Source: Bigelowiella natans CCMP2755 (Eukaryota > Protista > Cercozoa). Taken from it: a DNA stretch of 64,000 nucleotides. How positions within the stretch are numbered: the stretch's first letter is position 1; each line of letters opens with the position of its first letter. The translations under genes were made by a program, and so were the position numbers. This document shows positions 52,400-64,000 of the stretch, piece by piece. The stretch lies in contig ADNK01001510.1 of the NCBI GenBank assembly GCA_000320545.1, positions 1 through 64,000 of the forward strand, written 5' to 3'. The notes under the pieces are model-generated. The model was not told the DNA's origin, did no database searches, and saw only the letters and a program-made list of their open reading frames with translations.

Positions 52400-53370
52400 A
52401 GATATTCTATGTTTTTGGCATGTATGATGGTATAAGTTATAACATGCAATATATTATAGAGCCTGATACATACTGGCATGCAGGAATTGCTACGTTGCGC
52501 TTGTTTGTATATCTGGAGCCGCATACACGTGATGTAAGATTCTATAGCGTCGGTGTACGTAGTAGATGCATCCGCATACTATTCTGAGTTATTCGGAATG
52601 CGAAGGTCAAATAGAAGCAGTGTGCATTGCCTGCGATGATAGTGTTTGCTTATTATACATCTGCGCGCCCGCCAGTCTTCATCGATCGTTCGAGATGTGA
52701 TCGACACGTCTAGACTTGACATGCTATACTAGTATACACAGCAATTACGTTAAATGTATATGGCTAGATAGCGCTTGCTTGAGCTAGCAGCATATAATTA
52801 CCTACAGTAGCTAGTTAAGATGCACGCACCACGTGACATGGTGCTGCACGACATGCATGCTAGCGTGCACGGTGGACACGATATAACTAGATAAGGATGC
52901 TTTTTCAAATTCATGCAGAAAGCACACAATACAAACAACAGGAAGCAACGTACAGGTTACAATATGCAGCATGAGCGCTGCCACTGTGCACTGAAATGAC
53001 GCGCTGCTGCAATATCTAAATATAATTTATTTTTTGTAGTAAGAAGCAAGCTCATGGTATAAAATTTAAAAAATTATCCATGGGCTCTCGTCAGTCTGCT
53101 TTTTAGTACCCTGTACCGCCAGACATGCAGGCACTCGCTCGCTCTGCCCATGCACGCTTAGACTACAATAGTTGGCAAACATGTGGACGTTTGTTCGAAT
53201 ATCTCTCGATCGATCGATACTGGCAATAATAGACAACGTATATCTATTATCAAGTCGTAGCACGAGCCCATGCAAAGCGAGTGATAAGTGCATCACTACA
53301 TGTGCCCTCACACATGATGAATGGCGAGTCGAATTGCTGTCAATAATTATTCGCTACATGACTTGAATTG
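52400..53370. other. RY-alternating, palindrome-rich convergent intergenic segment 7
   Basis: GTCTAGAC, 12-bp palindrome TATACTAGTATA at 52725-52736, ACATGCATGCTAGC, TCGATCGATCGA; between stops 52336 (+) and 53424 (-). Confidence 0.65.
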
Positions 53371-53423
53371 CTACACTTCTATATGCCGCTGATTTTTTAA
53401 CTATTATTGTAAAACGCTATATG

Positions 53424-54207
53424 TCATTTCTCTACCCAATTTACAAACGAAAACAACATGATATTTATCAATCTTAATCCCCCAACAAAAACCACTGTAA
53501 TGGCAAGATAGAACCCCACGCTCTGAGTCATATTAAACCTGATGGTTGAATGTACTTCTAGTTACGCGGTAGCTAAATAATGCATTTTATGACAGACAAT
53601 ATCATTGGCAAGGATGTTGAATTACTGGTCTAAGACGTCGTTTCCGCTTGTGATTGGACAGTAGTAACGAAAGCAGTTCGGATCATTTAACTGCAATATT
53701 ATAATATTCTTACCATTTAGCAAATTAAATAAAATAAAGTGGTTGGTGGTTTTGCCAATGATAGTGAGTATATGGCAGGGACAACGCCAGCAACAAGATC
53801 CATGAGCATCTTGAAAAGGTGTCAGTGGATAGGAGCCATAACGTGCTTTATGTCTTTAATACTAAATTGTTCTTTCCTACTCCTACTCTTTCCCCCTCCT
53901 TCTCCAATACACACAGTTACTAATCCTACACATGCAGCACTCTTGCCATGAGAACTACTACTACTACCATGATAACAATAATAATGGCAATAATTATGAT
54001 TTTACCTGCCCTACACAAGATGAATTGCTGCTCACAAATACAGGAACCGCTCCCTATGTTATTACTTCTTTATTATCATCATCATTATTATTATCATTGC
54101 GTGTACCATTGATACAGCAACAGTGCACTAGTATTTATTTTTGAATTTGACAAGGAAATAATTGCGAATATCCGAATTGAATAATATTAACATTCTTTCC
54201 ACCACTT

Positions 54208-54244
<37 letters not shown>

Positions 54245-56480
54245 GCTACTGCTACAACCTCATTTCCAGGACAAGATACGTCTAAGCCATCAAGCTCATT
54301 AACACAAAAGAAGGAGAGGGGATATCGGACCGAATTGATGTAATACAACCAGACCCAGTAGTCTGGAATGTTTGCTTCTTTCACGAGAAACCCGGCAAAT
54401 AGTGACTGGATGGTCATCAACAATGTGAAGACTCCGAGTCCAATTTGCTCGTTTGGCAATCCAAATGCACAGCTCTCTGCGATAGTAAGTCCGAGGAAAA
54501 ACACCAGAATCACTCCAATCCAACATAGAAAGAACCGTGCTCCTCCATCCTCTAGATTAAGGCCCGACAAGAAGTACACCATAATCGTGAAGATTGTGGC
54601 TCGAGGAATGAAAACTGCTGCATCGGCCAGCAATTGTGTGACATAAAACACCCACCTAATCGATCAAACAGCATTCGTTTCTCCAATTATCAAAATGATG
54701 GCTTTGATGCAAGGTGGAGTGCTGCCACCACTATACTTACATTTACATGATATTCTCAAAAGAAAAACTAACAATCGGCATTCTTCTTCTTCCTCTTCTT
54801 CTACTTCTTCTTCTCTCACTGTTACTACTACAACTATTACTGCTAATACTATATGCTACCCGCGGTACATATTTGCCGTTGTTTCTCGGAAGAAGGAGGA
54901 ACGTGACTTAATAAGTAGCTGTATTTTATACGAGCTTGAGAAACAGATAAAGATCAGGGACAGAAAGAAAATTGCGACACGATTCGTTGCACCGCTTTGG
55001 TCAGTGGCAAGCTGGAAGAAGAGAGTGCCGAAAACAAATCCCATGATTACTATCGATCCGAACTGGCTTCTAATCGTGTCTAGATCACGTGCAGTGGTCG
55101 CAAGTGAACGTCTCATCACCGTTGTAAATTGATCCATGGCTCCTTTGGCGAAGACAGAAGCAAATGTCGGTACTTTGAGCCCACCTTCAACCAAAGCATT
55201 CTCTGTCTTAAACACGCCCTTTTCCAAAATTCCCTTAGTTTCAAGCCATATCTTTGTCTTTAGAAAGACGTCAGCAGGCTGAATCATTAGCTCTTCAGTC
55301 GTCAACATCGTCGTGGTTGTCGTTTTTCCTTCTCCCTTCTCCTCTTCTTCTCTTCCCTTCTTCTTCTCCATCTTCTTTCGAGGCCCTCCTAGTGCCTCTA
55401 ACGCAAAATCTGCAATGTTGCGCCCCTCTCGAAGGTCTCCTAGCTGCATTTTGTGGCAGTAGTCCTTGACAGCATCGACATTGCCAAAATATGATACACG
55501 TCCACCTTGTGCTTCTTGAGGCGTTTTGAATGGCTGTAAGATGAGAATCCGCTTAAACCTGGCAAACAGCTCCGCTGATGGCTGATGTATCGTACAAATC
55601 ACTGCAAGACCCCTGCGAGCAAGAGTTGACACCGTATCAATGACAGCCATTGCTGATACAGAGTCCAGACCCGTCGTTGGCTCATCGAGGAAAAGAATTG
55701 TTGGGCGTGCAACCAGCTCCACAGCAATTGCTGTCTTTTTGCGTAACTCAGGAGAAATACCACCTGTATCTAAATTTCCAATGATTCGGTCTCTGACGTG
55801 TGATATGCCAACCGACTCCATTGTATGCTCCACTTCTTCCTTTATTTCATTTTCGTCGCTTGTCTCGAGGCGCAGTCTGAAGAGATTATGGTGTTGACGA
55901 TAATGTTGGCTATTTTAGAATATGCAGTATTGCAGGTAAAGAATCGTCACTATGCTCTGTCATGATGTTAGTGATGATGATGATGAGGAGGAGGAGGAGA
56001 ATACTACACTCACAATCTCTGTCTATTCATCATTCATTCCTCATTATCATTATCGCACCCTCTTCTTGTTGTTGTTCTTTTATTATTATGATTATATTAC
56101 CTGGCTGAGAAGTAGACTGATTCCTCAACAGTAGCAAGCTCAACATGTGAATCAAACTGCTCAACATACCCCGCAATCCGAGGGAAATACTCATTCGCAG
56201 GCTTGCCATTTACCTGGAAAGGCAACAGTATTCTTTCTGTTAGGAAGCGCTACTGCTGCTGCTGTGTTGGTGTGGTGTGTTGGTCATTATTTGCTAATCG
56301 AACATAAAGGACACGACCAGGATTTCTCCAGTGATTGTCCCACTGGATTTTTTCCCAGCAATAACGTCTAAGAGCGTTGACTTTCCCGCTCCCGAGGGTC
56401 CCATAAGTGCTACCATATCGCCGGGCTTTGCGTATCTAGAGTTTATTTACAAATATAATAATTTAGATATCTATATAAAT

Positions 56481-56517
<37 letters not shown>

Positions 56518-57366
56518 CGTGTGTATGGCTGCATGAAGTCCCGACTTATCATGTTGATCACACTCATAAAGCAGCAGCATTATTTTTGAATTATTACATT
56601 ACTACCACTACCTACCCCGCGACATTGTTGAGGAGCTTTATTTGTTGTGACTTGTCTTTTTGGTTCACCACGGTATAACTTAAGTTCTTCCATTCGATGT
56701 AGCTCACTGTCTTGCTTCTTAGCAAATCGAGGTACTCCTCACTGATATCATCTAATGATAGGGATGGAATGATGTTGTTAATGTTGTTGTTGTTGATGAT
56801 GATGATGAGAAGATGAAGACGATGCTATATGAATAACGTCTACGGCTGCATCCTTCATCGCTAGATATTGCAATGACATTTTGATTAAAATTTAGTATTA
56901 GAATAAAAACTCACAATTGTGAAGCATTGCATTCTATTAGTCATTACTAGTCGTTAAATGCACTAGGAAAACAGCTTACGTATTATTCCATTCGTTCAAA
57001 CAGTACCTGAAGCGTGGCCAGCATAAACAGATGCAATTCTTTTATTCTTCTCTTCACCGGCATCATCATCACCACCATCTTTCTTTTCCTTGAGAAACTT
57101 TTTCTTCGTAGCACCTAGTGATGAGGATGTATCACCATGGCGAACTCCTCCTCCCCCTCCTCCTTCCGGTTGAAAACGAGGTGGCTCCTCTTGGTCACCA
57201 AGCTCATGCTGCCTTATAACAAGTCCCCAGAAAGATAGTGCATTGAATACACTAATGAATGCGATCATATAATACAAAACCTGACAATAATGATAGTAAT
57301 ATTAATGATGATGATAGTCAGGAGGAGGGTGGAATGAGAGATGACGATGATGAAATGAAGACAATA

Positions 57367-57398
<32 letters not shown>

Positions 57399-60300
57399 AA
57401 ATTTGATGAATACTAGATATGGCATTGACACAAATATCCTGATTAGTGCGACACGAAAGACAATACAGTTTTATAGTTGCTCCTCCTCCCTCCCCCCCTG
57501 TAATCACAGAGTAGTAGTAGCCCCTCCTTCTTCTCCTTTCTTCTTTGCCAAAATGACATTCATATTCTTCTCTTTCTGCGCTTCCAAATCACACCTTCTC
57601 TTTCTCTTTATCCGGATTGAAGCCATCCATATCGTATGCGCTTAGAAAGACATCACCGGTGGTAAAAGGACACGTTTGTGAGCCTCCAAATCCGTTTGGA
57701 GGTGCGGTGTTAAAGTCTGGCTCATTTGTAGGAGGTACTTGCTCATCGTCGTCACAACTCAATGAGAGCCCATTAAATTCGTTCAACATTAGTCCTCGAA
57801 AGCCATAGGTGATGAACGAGATAGTATTTAACCAACTCCAGTACACAGGGATATCATCAGTGGAAATTAAATACCCGCACATTATCATGAACAAGACTAA
57901 CCCCACTGGTGTTGCAGCCTGAGCTGCGATTGCATTTGGGGTAATACTACAGATGAAAAGCACGTATGCTTGAGCTGTCAACACGCACATTACAAGTAGC
58001 CCAAACATATACCTAGTAGTAGTATTAGTATTAGTAGCAGTAGTTAGTGGTAACGAATTGAGTGAGTCAAAGAATCAGTAATAAATGTAAATGGAAGAAG
58101 CAAGTGCTCACCAAAACTTTTCCGAGCCAATTCCACCGTTCAGGCCCGCAAGAGGGTAAATTATGAGAACAAAAATGAAGACATTGATGACTGCAAATGG
58201 TATAGGTATCAATGCCTGTGAGACGTAGAACGCAGAGCCATGATAGTAGCCGGCAGCTTCCTGAGCATAGTACACTCTTTTCTTGTTCATTATATCCGGA
58301 ACATTCTTTTGAGATCCCATGATTTGTTGCAATAATATGATGAACAGCAGACCCACCCGTGCTCCAGCATCACCTTGGGAAGAACTAAGTTTCAAGAATA
58401 CCGTGCTTACGATGATAGAGACAAGGCAGGTCTGTAGAATCTCAGAGATAACAGTGACTTTATCTCGCATCTTCACGATCCACTCTCGTTTCAAGCACTC
58501 GAACGTTTGGTAAAACCACGAGGTCGCAAACCTAAACAATTAGATAGTAGGAAAAACGATACATAATAAAAAGAACGAAAGCGCCATTATCAAACGTGAA
58601 TGAGAAGAAAAGAGTGGTGGTCGTGAGACAACTATGCTCTTTCGCTGTCGTTGCTATTGTGAATCTTGGCGTTTGTCTCTTGGTTCACTTTGTGTGCAGT
58701 ATGAAAAGCAAGAAAGTTTTAGCTTGCTTGCTAGCAGCGAGATGAAGTGAAATAACAATGCATGATCGAAAACACTAGAGCCACCCATCCAGGTGGCAGT
58801 ACCGTCTACCTACCTACCTACCTACCTACCTACCTCGGTATGCTTGAAGTAGTCTCCCAAGGCATTTTCTCCTGAAACTCTAGCCAGAGTTCTTCACCTA
58901 GCTTTCTGTAATGATTGGATTCCTTGTACGATTTGATGAGATAAAAGTACCCCACCTCCCTTTCATTGTCCTTCACATCGTAGCTATACAACTGCGTTCC
59001 TGACTCAGTGAGTGCCTCTGTTGCGTGTCCAGATTCTGAAGTAATTGGAACTGTCGCCTTGTTAGGTAGAACCATTTCTCGCAACATCAGGGAAAAGTTT
59101 GGAGACTGATGCTGCCGATGCTTTCCCTCCCCCCTCCTCCCTATTCCACCAATTTCATCCCTAAGATCGGTACCCACCTCTGGTCGACCCACTTTGTCCT
59201 CTTTCTCCTCCGCAACAACAGGCATTGGATTGTAACGAGTGTGAGCTGTTCTCTCCAGAGCATCTTGCAACTTTTTGATAATTAATGCATGCTTCTGAAT
59301 GAAGGTCGACTCATGAGGCCTTTTCTCCTTTTTCTCCTCAATCTTGTTGTTGAGCAATTGGTATGTCCCATTATCTAACAAGTACTTTGGGATACGCGAA
59401 GAATGGAACTTTACTGGATTGGAACTGACTTCAGCAAGAAAGTCAGGAATGCTCTTTCCTACTGGTCGAGCAAATCCTAAACTTCCAAGGAAATCGAGCA
59501 CTAGATATCTAATAGTGTATGTGTAGATCATTCAGTTTGAAATCAGTATATCAATGCTTTTAATGCCATTGTCATCATTACCATCATTATCATCATGTCT
59601 TTTATATGTTGTTCATTTGGATGCTAATCTAGGCATTCTTCCAATTGAACAATTTATGTGCTCTAGATGTAGATTTTTCTTCTTTTTCTCCCCATCTTTC
59701 CCCCCCCTCTTTGTATCACCATCTGCCTACCTGCCATGTTGATCTACAAGAGGTCCAAAATAGACGCACCTGCCTTTACTCATCACTAAAAGATTATCAA
59801 ACAGTTCAAGAAGCTCTGGAGCAGGCTGTACAAGGGATATCATGAAGGCTTTTCCCTCAGAAGAGTTTTTTACTACCATACGCATCTGGTAGGCAAGGTC
59901 ATAAGCGGTTTTACTATCTAGGCCGTTTGTGAGAAGATCTGCTAGGATGATGTTGTGGCCTGCCACTATCTCAGTAGCGATGCTAACACGCCGCTTTTGT
60001 CCTCCCGAAATGCCTCGATGGGTATCATCCCCAATGATCGTGTTGGCGGTGTTGCCAGCCAGTCCCAAAAACTTAATAATCACTTCGACGAAGAACTTCT
60101 TGAAGATGTCGTCTACGTATCCGAACCTCATCCGGACCGACAAACGCAACGTTTCTCTTACCGTCAAGGTGGGGTAATGAAGATCATCTTTTGGAATAAA
60201 GCCTACATGCTGTCCATATGCTTCATCGACATGTTGCCCTCCAAGAAGAATCTCTCCAGATACCACAGCATCGTGAGAGGCCCTTCCAGCCAGTGTCTTT

Positions 60301-60601
60301 AAAAGGGTGGTTACTCCAGCATCAGGAGCACCAAGTACGCATGTCATCTTATTCGCCTTAGTATTATTTTGGAAGTAGCATAAAATGTGTCAGAAACAAC
60401 AATGGGAGGATTAAGTGACTGTTAGAGACAAGATAAGTAACACAATACAGTTCTTTCTTATGTCTCACCGCCCTCACCTTCACGTATCCGGAAACACCAG
60501 AAAGGTAAGTTATCTCGCCTTTTCGATAACTGATATTGCGGAAGGTGAGGTCCTTCTTGAGATTATTTAGCCTGTTCATACTGACTTTCCTGTTGCATTA
60601 G

Positions 60602-60632
<31 letters not shown>

Positions 60633-61584
60633 GCCGCAGCCATGGGGAAGTGGTTAGAGTAGGGGAGGACGAGGACTGCCAGCAAAGTAACTATAATCAT
60701 ATCAATAATAAAGGCATGAAAAAGTTGTAGATATAGAGTATAAAGCTACCGCGGCGGCAGTGGCGGTGGAATGGATGGTATATGTAGTAGTAAAGAGTGT
60801 GAACGCTTATATTGGGTGAGTCAGTGTGTTCCAAACGCAACCTGAACTTCTTTATGATGGTTGGGATATCTGCCACCTCGAATGCATCGATAAGTTGGGC
60901 CTACAGTTACATGATATTGCAAGTTGTATCATGAATACATTCCACACTTTGAACAACTGATAAATGTAAGTGTTAGGTCGATGTAAGTACAAATAATGAG
61001 TTGGTGAGTGTTCTTACGAGCTGCACATCTTCGAGATCTCGAAGAACTTCGAAGTCGATGTCATCGTCAGGATCCAAAAGCTGACGACTATGCATAGAGA
61101 TAAAGAAAAGATACTTGTTTGTAAGAAGGCACTTAAGGCACTTTCCCCACTATCAATTTGGGGCATTGCGTATAGAATTGTAATTGTTGTCAATGGGGCA
61201 AGTAAAGTTCGTTTTAACGAGAAAAATACTCACGTTATTTAACTAAACATATTCATACATGATATTATCTTTCTCCTCTGTAGTCATAGCTTCAACATCA
61301 ATACGACCCTCCCTTTGACTTGTTTTCTTTTTTTGGTGATGAATCGTCAATTCCACCTCCGATCGCTATTCAGGGAATTGGACAAAGCAATCTTATTTAT
61401 GGTTACGAATCTTAGACCAATGGTATACCTTCGGCACGTTCCTGAGGCTTGGTGCCCCCTCCAACTTTGCATCTACAGAAATCTGAAATAGATTGTATTT
61501 GAGTTTTCAAAGTTTCAAACGTAAAGGTGGTTTTCCGACATTATGATTCTTGATGCTGGAGATTTGGGACAAATGCTCCGCCAT
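53424..61584 (-). CDS. Full-length ABCG (PDR-type) transporter, NBD-TMD-NBD-TMD
   Basis: NBD1: [44 protein letters not shown]1 at about 56990-58540. NBD2: [43 protein letters not shown]2 ends ...[13 protein letters not shown]|FNM...FVNWVEK*. Start codon approximate. Confidence 0.93.
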
Positions 61585-62040
61585 AGTTTAACTCGGGTTG
61601 AAGCCTGATCTATTCTATGGCTCTGCGGTTTGATCTTTGCTATGCCTTCTATTGGTTACGTTTGTTTCGCCCGGAAGCGTAGGGGGAGGGGAAGAACAAT
61701 TCGGATGAGATTCTCTTGATTGGATCAGTCTCGGATCAGTTGGAACTTCCGTTTGAACACTCGATCCTATTTTCCTATTGCAACTTCATTTGGTATGTCG
61801 CAGGGCAAGAACGGCCTCAAACCAACATGTATTTTAACCTTGTTGCTGCTGGTACAAACAGTTAAACTGAAAGGAGGAGGAGACCAACAGCACAGTTTCA
61901 TCCTCACCCCCCCCCCTGCCACCAGATCACAGTTACGGGTAGGAGTTCGAGGCAGCAATATCCGTAAATTTTCAGTGCATTGTATCCTTCGAGGCCCATT
62001 TCATACCAAATAAAGCAATCATCTAACCTGCCACTGAATT

Positions 62041-62885
62041 ATGGCGACACGCCAAAGGGAGACGAGTTAGTTTGGAAGTATTCGTACAACGAGGATGCAT
62101 GCAGGATACGATGAGGACGAGCTGCCCTTACTATCAGTTAAATTAAGAAGAAGCAAGTTCCGATCGAGTGAACAAAAGGCACAGCAGCAGCAGCAGCAGC
62201 ATAGTCGAGGTGGTAGGGGGGCTGCTGCTGCTCTTCAGCGTGTAGGTCGTATTAGTCCTCAAAGCACTATATTTCAAAGTGCTGCAACGAGGAGCAATGA
62301 GCCAGATACCAAAGAGTCGTCAAATACAGAGAGTGAGTATGTAAATAAGACAGGAGGAGTACGAACTAAAAACAACACAGGAAGAAGTCATCATCATCAC
62401 ATATCTTCTTCGGATGATCGGAAACACCGTTCTAATGATGCAGCAGCGGCACCAGCAACTGCGGCCAGAGCGACATCATCAGCAGCTTACGAGGGGGGAA
62501 CACGGTCATCCTTTAGGAGGAGAGATCCTCCATACACGCACTTCCAGAATGGGGGAAATAGAAGATCATTACAGCAGCAGCAGCCACAGCCGCCTAAAAG
62601 GAAAAGTTTGCTTCAGATGCGAGACCAAGTCGAAATATCACGTGAGAGTGATCCACCACCTCATATATGCGCAAGGATTCATCTTCTATCGACTTCACAA
62701 AGGTCTCGTAGTACCGTCACACGATTTTGATTTGATTCTAAAAAGACATGATATTCACCCTCCTCCTCCTTGAATTCTATTGTTGTAGATACATGCAAAC
62801 TGCTCATATGAGTTCACATCGAACAACATATTGGAACCCTCCAAAAAATACCAAGGCCCTGTCAAAGATGGAGGTGTACATACTT

Positions 62886-62925
<40 letters not shown>

Positions 62926-63222
62926 ACATATGCTATCAACACGCATAGCTATCACGGACGCACACACCACACACACACACACATGAAAATTGTATGAATA
63001 ATCCCAGGAGCGCAAAGGTTTCTCATCATAGAGTTGATCAATATTTTTTATCTATGAATCATCAGGGATATGGGTTTCACAGCGAGTATCTCGAAGCACG
63101 GGGAGAGTATGGAATTTTACCAAGGCGCTTACGCCAAAACCTCATGGAAGCTGAAAAGGCTATGTACCATGCAAAGTACTATGCTTCAACTTGTTATCTG
63201 AAGAATCAAACTGTTATATAAA

Positions 63223-63292
<70 letters not shown>

Positions 63293-63536
63293 TATATATA
63301 ACAGCCAACACACACTCACACACACAAACACACACATAGGATGTATAAGATGCCTTCAGATTTAAATGGAAACTGCAGCAGCAGCAGCACTTTTTCCTTA
63401 TCTTCATCTTGACCACATTTGCTTCTTCTTCTTCTTCTTCTTCTTCTTTCTTCTGCTTCTCGAAGGCCCATAGGACTAGGTGTTTATGAGAATTCCATAG
63501 ACGTTGTTCTTCAAGATCTTTCCGTATACACGTAAG

Positions 63537-63571
<35 letters not shown>

Positions 63572-63719
63572 GTGATAATACATCGCGATCCTCGACGGCC
63601 TGTTGCTTGATTTAGCGTTTATTGGCGTCCAAATTCTCGAATATCGGGTCATTGGACATGATCCAAATATTGTCTTCTTATGCAATCATGCGATCACATC
63701 AAAAATCAAAATATCTCAG

Positions 63720-63759
<40 letters not shown>

Positions 63760-63923
63760 TATATTTGTTTGTGGTTTCTTTTTGTGAACAACGATAAGGT
63801 ATCAATTCTCAGAAGCACATCCTCAAGAGAAAGGGATATTGCCTGGAGAACTCCAGGCTGTATTTCTCGCAGATGATCAGGTTGTGTTGTTTTGAGATTG
63901 TTATGATAGTGATTGTGCTTCTC

Positions 63924-63957
<34 letters not shown>

Positions 63958-64000
63958 CAGTAGTAGTAGTAGCAGTAGTAGTTTGAGCCGTTCGGTAAGA
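62041..64000 (+). CDS. Hypothetical multi-exon protein with a low-complexity N-terminus, 3'-truncated by the window
   Basis: ORF 62095-62730 plus coding-like exons (GYGFHSEYLEARGEYGILPRRLRQNLMEAEK; YQFSEAHPQEKGILPGELQAVF) separated by microsatellite introns; no family recognised. Confidence 0.5.

Overview
Gene-dense, intron-rich eukaryotic nuclear DNA with microsatellite-filled introns. Signal-plus-transit-type N-termini suggest an alga with a secondary plastid, probably a chlorarachniophyte (inference). Most entries in the supplied ORF track are microsatellite or antisense artefacts, so genes were rebuilt by hand from GT-AG exons. I find 14 protein-coding genes: a Cbl-like EF/SH2 + BTB + Tudor-like protein (+), a PACT-like coiled-coil protein (-), a TPR-like protein (-), a hypothetical membrane protein (+), NADH-cytochrome b5 reductase (-), ADPRM (+), an F-BAR-like RhoGAP (-), a 7TM-TKL kinase fusion (+), a rhomboid protease (-), a triple-YjbQ protein (+), a GFA/CENP-V protein (-), a 73-aa COX4-like protein (+), a full-length ABCG/PDR transporter (-) and a partial hypothetical (+). 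Main highlights: (1) gene orientation alternates at 12 of 13 junctions, and every tail-to-tail spacer holds a distinctive purine-pyrimidine-alternating, palindrome-rich sequence class; (2) a single-chain YjbQ pseudo-trimer with the conserved motifs split between repeats; (3) a Cbl-TKB-like SH2 module fused to BTB instead of RING; (4) a GPCR-TKL fusion. All exon models are manual, and family calls rest on motif recognition without database searches.
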